Positions 56,718 to 64,000 of a stretch of DNA of 64,000 bases are shown one piece after another. Made by a program: the position numbers and the translations under genes. Position 1 is the first letter of the stretch. Each line of letters begins with the position of its first letter. The stretch spans positions 128,822 to 192,821 of the IMG/VR virus record IMGVR_UViG_3300025132_007963; one strand, 5' to 3'. The notes under the pieces were generated by a model. That model ran no database searches. It saw nothing but the letters and a program-made list of their open reading frames with translations, and was not told the DNA's origin. Origin of the DNA: a virus.

Positions 56718-57983
56718 TTACTTAATCCACTCTTTAATTAAGCGACTATAAAGGCTGTCTCTGCGGTCACCAAACCTGCTTTCATTGAGTGCATTCTCAT
56801 TTTCTGGTATGCGAAGGTCTTCTTCTTTTTCTTCCAAGAATGCGGGCACTTTACCGTGGCCTTTCTTTCCATCTTTATTAAGATCTTTACCTTTCGGCTC
56901 AGGCTTCAGTGGCATTTTACCCTCTTCCTGGGTATCTTCTTTTTCGGCAGGTTTATCTTTGTTTTTCTTGGCCATGTAGTCTTTGAGCCCTTGAGGAATT
57001 TCTCCCTCCTCCATTTTTTCATCGTCGTCTCGCTTACCACAATCATTTTCGTCTATGTCTTCTTTCTCGCCCTCTTTCACCGCCTGGGAGCGCTCGGGGC
57101 CAATTCCCAAGCGGTCACGTCGGATGGCGTCTTTCATTGCTCTAGCATCTTTCTGCTTCGCAATACGCTCTGCGTGCTCTTTGTCTCTCCTGGCCTTTTC
57201 CTGCTTCCGAAACTCGGCTTCGTCCCTGTCACGGGTCAGCTCCGCGTATGTTGGCCCTCGGGGGAATTCGTTGAATGGGTCATGCGCGCCTTCTTCAATA
57301 TCTTCTCCTTTTTCAAATAATGTACCCGCTTTGGCCCGGGCTTCGCCATCTTTAGTCTCTTCTTCGGAGCCGTCTTTATACCCAACGAGGTACTGAGGGT
57401 CATTATCGTTCTTCGTATGGCCTTTCTTTCCATCCTTATAGCCCTTCCTGTACGCCCGACTGGCTTTGCCTTCTTCTACAGCTTCTTCATTTTGAAGCAT
57501 CTCTAACAAACGTTTCTTTATTAGTTGTTTTATCAAATCTTTGTTCATTTTATTTTTCTCCTCTTTAATGACAATATTTGTTTTTAACTTATTGGTTTTT
57601 ATACCATCTTCCCAATCTCTAAATAATAAATTGCCCAACAAATAGGCTTCTGCTTCGATATTTCTCATATTTGGATCTTTTTGTGCGTAATCCGGAGAGG
57701 TATCGATATCACCATTAAAATCACCTCTTAAATTTTGCATATGATGCACTAGTTCATGAGCAATAGACCTAAGAACGTCTTTATTGTGTCTTCCGGTGAT
57801 AAAAACAGTGACACTTTTTTTGGCTGGATCATAATACGCTGTTTTTCCAAGGTCATGGGTAGCATTTTGCTCGTCGTTAGCAAAAAATAAACGTGGAGGG
57901 TCCTTAAAGCCTAGGTGAGACTGGCAATAGCTCATTAGGTGACCAGCGATAGGTCTTAATTTTTCTTCTCTACTACTGTCCAT
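56718..57983 (-). CDS. Zincin metallopeptidase fused to a modular, E-junction-rich C-terminal region
   Basis: 'GKTAYYDP', 'DVLRSIAHELVHHMQ', 'E.EAY..GN..FRDWED'; then repeated xEEG junctions. Confidence 0.7.
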   Translation of the reverse strand: MDSSREEKLRPIAGHLMSYCQSHLGFKDPPRLFFANDEQNATHDLGKTAYYDPAKKSVTVFITGRHNKDVLRSIAHELVHHMQNLRGDFNGDIDTSPDYAQKDPNMRNIEAEAYLLGNLLFRDWEDGIKTNKLKTNIVIKEEKNKMNKDLIKQLIKKRLLEMLQNEEAVEEGKASRAYRKGYKDGKKGHTKNDNDPQYLVGYKDGSEEETKDGEARAKAGTLFEKGEDIEEGAHDPFNEFPRGPTYAELTRDRDEAEFRKQEKARRDKEHAERIAKQKDARAMKDAIRRDRLGIGPERSQAVKEGEKEDIDENDCGKRDDDEKMEEGEIPQGLKDYMAKKNKDKPAEKEDTQEEGKMPLKPEPKGKDLNKDGKKGHGKVPAFLEEKEEDLRIPENENALNESRFGDRRDSLYSRLIKEWIK

Positions 57984-58019
57984 GTGATATAACCAATTAA
58001 AGTATATAATTATACAACA

Positions 58020-58026
58020 TAATTAG
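58020..58026 (-). promoter_or_regulatory. CTAATTA motif (candidate late promoter)
   Basis: Minus strand ACTAATTAT, directly after the purA stop and upstream of the ATG at 57983. Confidence 0.4.
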
Positions 58027-58027
58027 T

Positions 58028-59065
58028 TCAAATACTGTCTTTGTTCCCAGAAAACATTATTTCTATATGACGATCATACAATTCATCGGATATCCACTTT
58101 TTCATATCATCTAATTTTGTAAATTCAAATAAATTGATTCCACTGTATAAACACCATCTTTTAACTTTCTCTAACACATCAACTTTGTTAACAACTAGTT
58201 TAGTGACACCGTTAATATCAACAGCTTGTTTAAGCATATCAAAATCCATCCAATTAACTTGCCTTGGTCGACCAGTTGTGGCGCCATATTCTTCGCCAAC
58301 TTTTCTAATTTCTTCAAATACTGGTTCTGGGCCTTCAAAAGGCTTAGCGCCTACATATGTTTCGTATATTTTTGCAACACCCCATACATCTCTGATACAT
58401 TTTGGGGGAACACCGTTCAATACAGCACTGCCGACTGTACAATGGCTACTAGTAACATAGGGATAATCTCCCCAATCAACGTCTAGACCAAAGCCTTGTG
58501 CACCTTCAAACAGTATTTTTACTTCACTATATGGTGTATTGTCGTTTTCATAGAGTTCCTTGTACATATCCACAATATAATCTTCTAATTCTGGCACGTG
58601 TTCCGCTCTGACACCTTTTCTATCGTACTTATCACGATATGCGGGGCCATTACCCCTTTTGGTTGTGCCGATACTAGTGTCTTTTTTATCTTCGACTAAG
58701 TGAAAGTCTGTAATTACATGAGTGTTGCTAGCTATACCTATTAAGCCAGTTGTGTCAATACCTTTTTCTTGCAGTTCTTCAATCTCTTTAAAGAGCTGTT
58801 GCACATTAACGACACAACCCGGGCCGATAATTGATCGGACACCGTAAAACACACCACAAGGTATATGATGAGTTACAAATTTCTCCCCCTTATGATATAT
58901 GGTATGACCAGCATTGCAGCCACCATTATATCGAATTACATGAGTGTAATCATTTTTTTCACAAAGTAAGTGGCTTACCTTGCCTTTTCCGCAATCTCCG
59001 TATTGCAAATCAACAACAACATCAGCAATCATAACTATCCTTTCGTTTGAGCTTAATTTTACCAA
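58028..59065 (-). CDS. purA: Adenylosuccinate synthetase (short form)
   Basis: 'LQYGDCGKGK', 'RYNGGCNAGHT', 'IGTTKRGNGPAY', 'FEGAQGFGLD...YPYVTSS', 'EYGATTGRPR'. Confidence 0.95.
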   Translation of the reverse strand: MVKLSSNERIVMIADVVVDLQYGDCGKGKVSHLLCEKNDYTHVIRYNGGCNAGHTIYHKGEKFVTHHIPCGVFYGVRSIIGPGCVVNVQQLFKEIEELQEKGIDTTGLIGIASNTHVITDFHLVEDKKDTSIGTTKRGNGPAYRDKYDRKGVRAEHVPELEDYIVDMYKELYENDNTPYSEVKILFEGAQGFGLDVDWGDYPYVTSSHCTVGSAVLNGVPPKCIRDVWGVAKIYETYVGAKPFEGPEPVFEEIRKVGEEYGATTGRPRQVNWMDFDMLKQAVDINGVTKLVVNKVDVLEKVKRWCLYSGINLFEFTKLDDMKKWISDELYDRHIEIMFSGNKDSI

Positions 59066-59080
59066 TGAAAGTATAAAATT

Positions 59081-60016
59081 TTAAGGATTTCTATCCCATG
59101 GGGCAGGAATTTTTGGATTTAAAAGATCCTCTGTGCTGGTTTCTTCGAATTCACCCTCTTTATTGGGCTTTGGATCTTCATCTTGTGCTATTTTTTCAAT
59201 TTCAAGCATCTCATCGACTGTATTACGCCAATTTTTTAAAATATTTTCATGAAATTCATCTTTTTCGTCTAATGATAGGTCTTTGTCGTAAGAATCAATC
59301 TTAATTGATGACAATTTTTCTAAATAATCACTATTTCGAAGCATTTTGAATGCTAAATTCTCAGGAGAGTATATACCTTCTCTTTCTAAGCCAGACGATC
59401 TTAACTTTTTGACTTTTTCTTTAAGTTTTTGTGAAAAATCATATGATTCTTCGTATTTTTCGCTTTTAAACATGTCAAATAGGTGATCAATCTCTTTAGC
59501 AAGTGATTTTGCTTTGTTTTCTGCAGTTGTAAGGTCTAGTTCGGCCTCATCTTTGGCTGGTTGCATCAACCATTCACCATCTGTAACTGAATAAGTGCCA
59601 GGAGCAAGGTGTTTTTCATTAACGTCTTGAAAATATACCTCAACCTCATGATCAAATATCATAATTTTATGTGCTTTGTTCCAAGAGATGCGTTTTGCGT
59701 CTAAAAAATCTTTGACAAGATCAAAATTATCATCGATTTTTCGAAAATCTAAAATAATGTGTAAATCTACGTCTGAAAGTTTGTGCCAATTGAACCCGGC
59801 AATAGAGCCAGTGATGATAACGTCTTCAGGTTCTGCTCCAACATCTAAGCTTTTGAGTAGATCATCGGCAATTTTTCTTAAATTATCGAGCACTTCAGGG
59901 TTTAGGGCGTTATTTTCCCAAAATCTTGGGTGAAGTCCGTCTTGAAAACGAAAAAGTGAGGTATCGAACTTGTCTTCGTTAACAAAATTTTTCCATTTTT
60001 TATTAAAATTAATCAT
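59081..60016 (-). CDS. Pol-beta-superfamily nucleotidyltransferase
   Basis: 'IITGSIAGFNW...SDVDLHI' (GS-x-DxD), 'EVEVYFQD', 'YS.ENL.FK.LR'. Confidence 0.75.
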   Translation of the reverse strand: MINFNKKWKNFVNEDKFDTSLFRFQDGLHPRFWENNALNPEVLDNLRKIADDLLKSLDVGAEPEDVIITGSIAGFNWHKLSDVDLHIILDFRKIDDNFDLVKDFLDAKRISWNKAHKIMIFDHEVEVYFQDVNEKHLAPGTYSVTDGEWLMQPAKDEAELDLTTAENKAKSLAKEIDHLFDMFKSEKYEESYDFSQKLKEKVKKLRSSGLEREGIYSPENLAFKMLRNSDYLEKLSSIKIDSYDKDLSLDEKDEFHENILKNWRNTVDEMLEIEKIAQDEDPKPNKEGEFEETSTEDLLNPKIPAPWDRNP

Positions 60017-60425
60017 TTTTTAGATCTTTGATAACTTTTTGAGAAAATTTTTCATATCTATCGGGATTTTCGATTTTTTCTACGTCCCTAAATAGAAATT
60101 CACTGTGCTCTTTGCTTAATTTTATTTTACCACCGGTGTATTTTGATTTAAAAAACGTTGTTTCGTTCTTTGTTTCTAGTTTTTCAAGCCTGTAAAGAGA
60201 AAGTTCGGTCTCTTCACGCGTTTCTCTTCTTATTGCTTGTTCGATATTTTCATTTTCTTGCATATGGCCACCAGGCAGATCCCAATGTCCAACAAATTTA
60301 TCGTGATAATCGGTTCTTTTCATGAAAAGCACGTGATAACTGTCATCATATATTACAACTTTAGCAACCTTATCGGTATCTTTAGTGGATTCCTCTTTTA
60401 GTAAACTCCACCATTTTTTAAACAT
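60009..60425 (-). CDS. Nudix hydrolase
   Basis: 'WDLPGGHMQENENIEQAIRRETREETEL' Nudix box. Confidence 0.9.
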   Translation of the reverse strand: MFKKWWSLLKEESTKDTDKVAKVVIYDDSYHVLFMKRTDYHDKFVGHWDLPGGHMQENENIEQAIRRETREETELSLYRLEKLETKNETTFFKSKYTGGKIKLSKEHSEFLFRDVEKIENPDRYEKFSQKVIKDLKND

Positions 60426-60908
60426 TTAATTATCTTCCTCTAAAAAGCCTTGCTTAGCTTTTACACCTGCAGATTGTCTTTGTTGTGCTGCTTGTTTGAC
60501 AATCCCAGAGGCGCCAAGACCTTGCTGAAAAAATCTAATCATTTTTTCAATACCTTTTATAGACCAAGAAACTGTTTCGATATGAAATTCTTCTCCATTT
60601 CTGTCTAAAATATTATTCCATTTTTCGCCTGGCTTTTTACGAATTAAAGGGTTGTATTCGATTAGCCATTGTTCTTGAACATTTCTTATTCCAATCAAAC
60701 TTTGTAGCAGTTCTAGTCTACTCTGTCGCCTATCACGTTCAGCTGCACTTAATTTAGATCGTGGATCTACAAATCCACCAACTTTAATTGTTCTAGCATG
60801 CGGGTCGATCTGTTTTCCTTTTCTTAAAGGGGCTGGGATAGCATCTATCTCTGTATCTGTGGAGATCTCATTTGTATACTTTCTCCAATTTTCCATTATT
60901 AATTTCAT
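60426..60908 (-). CDS. Hypothetical protein with an MKLIMENW..Y.NE leader
   Basis: Leader shared with the upstream gene. Confidence 0.55.
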   Translation of the reverse strand: MKLIMENWRKYTNEISTDTEIDAIPAPLRKGKQIDPHARTIKVGGFVDPRSKLSAAERDRRQSRLELLQSLIGIRNVQEQWLIEYNPLIRKKPGEKWNNILDRNGEEFHIETVSWSIKGIEKMIRFFQQGLGASGIVKQAAQQRQSAGVKAKQGFLEEDN

Positions 60909-61384
60909 GATTTTACCGCCTTTAATGGTTTTCCTGGTAAATCTGTTTGCGAGACATCTATTTTATCATCTGTGTCTAGTCTCGCCCAGATTTTTCGGCC
61001 TGCGCTTGTTTGTTCTGTGTCACTATATAATATTCCGTGTTGATCGATCATCCATTTGTAAAAGTCTGTTATGCGAACACCACCTTTGGTTTTTCGTACA
61101 TTTCCAACTTGCATACCATCTTTTAATGGGTTTAAGGCAACATAGGCTTTAGCTCTATCCTCACTATCTGCCAAGAAGTAAAAGATATCTCCTTTTCCTA
61201 CATCAAAGCGAACAATATCGTATCCAAATTCTTGACCTATCTTTTTTCCCTTTCCCATAGATGGGCCATGACAGTTGTAGAAATAATCTAAACTTTTTTG
61301 AATTTCTGCTTGATCGTCTGTAATATCAGGAAAGTCTTCTACTTCGTTAAGATATTGTTTCCAATTTTCCATTATAAGTCGCAA
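60905..61384 (-). CDS. Hypothetical protein, GNAT-like C-terminus, with an MRLIMENW..Y.NE leader
   Basis: TTG start; 'ILYSDTEQTSAGRKIWARL' resembles phage GNAT-like domains. Confidence 0.5.
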   Translation of the reverse strand: MRLIMENWKQYLNEVEDFPDITDDQAEIQKSLDYFYNCHGPSMGKGKKIGQEFGYDIVRFDVGKGDIFYFLADSEDRAKAYVALNPLKDGMQVGNVRKTKGGVRITDFYKWMIDQHGILYSDTEQTSAGRKIWARLDTDDKIDVSQTDLPGKPLKAVKS

Positions 61385-61545
61385 TGTCTTTTACCTTCCA
61401 TGAATTCTATTAACGCCATGGCAATTTTTTCATCAACTTCTTCGATATGATCCTCATCTAATTGATCGATCATTTCTGATAGGTTTTTTGAAGCCTCCCA
61501 TGGGCTTAATTTATGATTGTCTAAATCAACACATATAATACACAT
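61372..61545 (-). CDS. Unannotated 57-aa protein MCIICVDLDNHKLSPWEASKNLSEMIDQLDEDHIEEVDEKIAMALIEFMEGKRHCDL
   Basis: Manual translation; AAGGAAAG SD; fills the gap exactly; N-terminal CxxC. Confidence 0.65.
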   Translation of the reverse strand: MCIICVDLDNHKLSPWEASKNLSEMIDQLDEDHIEEVDEKIAMALIEFMEGKRHCDL

Positions 61546-61546
61546 A

Positions 61547-62170
61547 TTAACTTTCCTTTTGATATATATCTTCTGAATTTAAGAGCGTGTAAGTAAAACT
61601 ATTACCCCAATGATCTGCAGCGATATCGCAAAGATCCATAAACTCATAAAAATCTTTACTACTTCGAAAGACTTGACAACCAGCGCTGACGCCACCCGTA
61701 TCTTCTCTTGTATCTGATCCCGCATGTTTGTGAATGTTGATACCATACCAGCCCTCATCTTCTTCTCCTTTATAATCTGGTTTTGAATCTTTATTGTCAT
61801 CTCTCCAGACTTTTACCGGTGCACCTCGCTGGACTAAAGCTGTATAAGTTTTGTGTGTTCCTATTTTGTATGCTCCGCGATACTGATCAGGTATTAATAT
61901 TGCGGTACCCTTACTGTTGATAGGTCTTTTAAGGATTTTGTGACCTGGTTCAGTTGTTATCTCGTATGAATGCACTGTCCATTCACTATCCTCTTTGTAA
62001 AGCACCATTAAAGTATCATCAAATAAATCTGCTCTTCCAGATTCATTGCGAACACCAATTATGTTAAGATTAAAGTCACCCTCTTCGAAAAAAAGGTGAC
62101 CTTTATCTTCCATAACTTTTTTCATGGTATTTTTTGTTATGATTGCTAATTGTCCATCGAGTATTCCCAT
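61547..62170 (-). CDS. L,D-transpeptidase (YkuD)-fold protein, candidate endolysin or wall-remodelling enzyme
   Basis: 'GINIHK.....SAGCQV' His...Cys catalytic motif; 'FTYTLL'; 'T.PG'. Confidence 0.7.
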   Translation of the reverse strand: MGILDGQLAIITKNTMKKVMEDKGHLFFEEGDFNLNIIGVRNESGRADLFDDTLMVLYKEDSEWTVHSYEITTEPGHKILKRPINSKGTAILIPDQYRGAYKIGTHKTYTALVQRGAPVKVWRDDNKDSKPDYKGEEDEGWYGINIHKHAGSDTREDTGGVSAGCQVFRSSKDFYEFMDLCDIAADHWGNSFTYTLLNSEDIYQKES

Positions 62171-62174
62171 GAAC

Positions 62175-62181
62175 TAAATAG
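62175..62181 (-). promoter_or_regulatory. CTATTTA motif (candidate late promoter)
   Basis: Minus strand ACTATTTAGTTC-ATG, 4 nt before the start. Confidence 0.45.
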
Positions 62182-62183
62182 TA

Positions 62184-62342
62184 TCAAATATCTAAGATGA
62201 TAACTCTTTTTGGTTGTTTCTCATCTTCTTTGGCTGGTTGGCGAGTATTTTCAAGGGGCAATTCCAGATATAAAGGTTCAGGTTGCCATTCCATTTCGTC
62301 TTCATCTTCTAAAATTTCCAACGTTACGAATTCAAGTTCCAT
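62184..62342 (-). CDS. Unannotated 52-aa acidic protein MELEFVTLEILEDEDEMEWQPEPLYLELPLENTRQPAKEDEKQPKRVIILDI
   Basis: Manual translation; AAAGGGGGTG SD; CTAGTTA motif at 62361-62367. Confidence 0.6.
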   Translation of the reverse strand: MELEFVTLEILEDEDEMEWQPEPLYLELPLENTRQPAKEDEKQPKRVIILDI

Positions 62343-62375
62343 AGCGCACCCCCTTTAAAATAACTAGGTTTTCAA

Positions 62376-62459
62376 TCACTTTAATCCCTCCTTTATCATT
62401 GGATAAGCTACAACTACTATACCACACGTAACGCCTAAAAGCAACAAAACGGAATCCAT
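62376..62459 (-). CDS. Unannotated 27-aa hydrophobic peptide MDSVLLLLGVTCGIVVVAYPMIKEGLK
   Basis: Manual translation; near-perfect SD AGGAGGTGAT; one TM-length hydrophobic stretch. Confidence 0.5.
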   Translation of the reverse strand: MDSVLLLLGVTCGIVVVAYPMIKEGLK

Positions 62460-62531
62460 AGGATCACCTCCTGCTGATCTTTCTCAGCTTAACAAAAGGT
62501 ACATATAAGCGCTTTTTGCGTAAAAGCAGGT

Positions 62532-62867
62532 TTATTTTTCTTCGTTATCAGAGATGTATTGACCCATAGACCACAGTTGGACATACGGTCCTTCTGCTAT
62601 AGGAATTGTTTTAAGAAGCCATATTCCGTCTTCCATGCAGCTTAATTGAATTGTTAAAATACTACTAGAATAAAGCTCCATATCGTTTATAATAAGACCA
62701 CTATCTCTAAGGTAGTTTATATGTTTAATTGGTTCATGTACAACCAATATATGATCGACGCGATGATACATTTCAATCCAATTGCTAATCAGATCATCAT
62801 TTGTGACGGTGTAACTTAAGTGGCTTAAAGTTGATCTTTGTATATATAAATCTTGTTCTGTGTTCAT
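62532..62867 (-). CDS. Hypothetical protein
   Basis: 111-aa ORF in the minus-strand run. Confidence 0.5.
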   Translation of the reverse strand: MNTEQDLYIQRSTLSHLSYTVTNDDLISNWIEMYHRVDHILVVHEPIKHINYLRDSGLIINDMELYSSSILTIQLSCMEDGIWLLKTIPIAEGPYVQLWSMGQYISDNEEK

Positions 62868-62881
62868 CTTTTTATTATTTT

Positions 62882-63361
62882 CTATTTAGAATGTCGATCA
62901 GCCACTGTTTGACTAGCCCATGCATTTGGTTTAATTTTGCAATCAAATCCAGCGCCCTGTACGTAACCTTTCAACATAACAGACAGTTTTGATGTTGACG
63001 TCTTTTTTTCAAAAGGTGACACATCTAAATGTAACTCAATATCTTCTGGTTTTAAACCGCAATCCAACATAACTTTTTCAGCTAGCTCGACGGACCTTCT
63101 TACCTCCTCTGTTATTCTAACAGATAATTGAGAAAATTGATTTATTTTTACGTTTTCTCTAAAAAAGAAATATCTTCCGCTAGTAATTGATGAATGCAAA
63201 CATATAGCGGTTGCAAAGCACACTTTTTTTCTGGTAACGAAAGAATCACTTCCAATATACAGTTTTGCGCCTTTTGAAACGTTATCCTTGATAATTCTTT
63301 TTATAGTCGAAAAATCAACCTTTATATTCGAGCCAGAGTTCCAGTCTTTTTCTTCAAACAT
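62882..63361 (-). CDS. RNase H-like YkuK (DUF458) family protein
   Basis: 'LYIGSDS', 'FATAI', 'RITEEVRRSVELA', 'ELHLDV', 'KP.AWASQTVADRH'. Confidence 0.8.
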   Translation of the reverse strand: MFEEKDWNSGSNIKVDFSTIKRIIKDNVSKGAKLYIGSDSFVTRKKVCFATAICLHSSITSGRYFFFRENVKINQFSQLSVRITEEVRRSVELAEKVMLDCGLKPEDIELHLDVSPFEKKTSTSKLSVMLKGYVQGAGFDCKIKPNAWASQTVADRHSK

Positions 63362-63635
63362 TTCTTCTTTTACTGTAAGTTGTTATAGAGTTTCTTTTTT
63401 TGTCACGCGATCCTAATTTCACTTTATTCTTTTGATGTGGCTTTAAAAGTTCTTTGACAGTTAGTATACCAGTAATATACTCTGAGTTTGTTTCTAGTTC
63501 AACCTCAAAAGATCTTTTTATTTTAGGATTAATGATCCACGTGTATATAACCCAGAAATTTAATATTGAAACTAGTGCACCGACTATCATGCCAACAGCA
63601 AATAATTGACTTACCATCTCCATATTATAAATCAA
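63354..63635 (-). CDS. Small membrane protein
   Basis: N-terminal TM segment (LFAVGMIVGALVSILNFWVIYTWI). Confidence 0.5.
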   Translation of the reverse strand: MIYNMEMVSQLFAVGMIVGALVSILNFWVIYTWIINPKIKRSFEVELETNSEYITGILTVKELLKPHQKNKVKLGSRDKKRNSITTYSKRRNV

Positions 63636-63997
63636 AGTTTATAATCCTTTAACCAGGCCCATCTTTTTCTTTTACGTAAGTACTTCCCATCAGCCGGCCA
63701 GGCCATGGCATATGCCTCTTGTTCGGCTCTTATAAGGCGGTAGGAAGCCTTTTTGCTAAGACCCTTACGACGTAGCACAAAATAGTCCCAGAAGTAAAGT
63801 ATCAAAAACCCTATCACCCCGGTTTCCAGGTATTGTTGAAAATGTATGGTCTCATGTTCTTTTGTTACTTCATTCATTTTGCCACGTGAAAACACAAAGG
63901 GAAATATTGTTATTGCGTTAATATTGATTGGCGCCAATTTTGATAACCAAACCGGTATCTTACTATTTTCAACAAATATGGGGCGCCACTCTTTCAT
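63632..63997 (-). CDS. Hypothetical protein with an HExxH motif
   Basis: 'EHETIHFQQ', 'EQEAY'. Confidence 0.55.
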   Translation of the reverse strand: MKEWRPIFVENSKIPVWLSKLAPININAITIFPFVFSRGKMNEVTKEHETIHFQQYLETGVIGFLILYFWDYFVLRRKGLSKKASYRLIRAEQEAYAMAWPADGKYLRKRKRWAWLKDYKL

Positions 63998-64000
63998 GAA

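Noticed and set aside
56785-57433. Overlapping alternative ORFs around the GC-rich segment
   Set aside because: Expected from local stop-codon depletion at high GC; the main frame carries the xEEG pattern
62506-62530. Hairpin GCTTTT-ACGCA-AAAAGC as a terminator
   Set aside because: Weak AT-rich stem and no clear U-tract

Overview
This window is about 64 kb of an AT-rich, densely packed genome read with the standard code. Almost every real gene is on the minus strand. It is most consistent with a T4-like 'huge' myovirus. All assignments come from motifs recognised by eye; no database search was run. In order from position 1: (i) 1-14.3 kb holds baseplate genes (gp6-like wedge, gp25-like, a 2655-aa protein with an N-terminal peptidoglycan-binding domain, a spike/hub candidate, an M15-type peptidase) and a gp55-like sigma factor. 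(ii) 14.3-39.9 kb is a ~25.6 kb glycan-synthesis and tailoring island of 31 genes covering sulfation, a nonulosonate pathway, formyl, carbamoyl and methyl transfer, heptose-like activation and at least 8 glycosyltransferases. It has no visible membrane export machinery. (iii) 40-53.5 kb is a host-takeover and translation/proteostasis region: Cas4-like nuclease, PIN-PhoH, a serine protease (the only plus-strand gene), ClpP, tilS directly followed by tRNA-Ile2(CAT), DnaJ, IscU/IscA, a compact tmRNA, a cysteine-free QueF homologue followed by an unannotated 31-aa peptide with 10 Cys, and a Fis-like regulator. (iv) 46-49.8 kb and 53.6-61.4 kb encode proteins that share N-terminal 'address' motifs and hydrophobic-x-E module junctions and carry enzyme cargo (RNA-ligase-like domain plus HIGH NTase, zincin, Pol-beta NTase, Nudix, GNAT-like). 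These may be head-packaged, protease-processed ejection proteins. (v) The end of the window has purA, an L,D-transpeptidase-like protein, a YkuK RNase H-like protein and small ORFs. No CRISPR array, transposon or integrase was seen.
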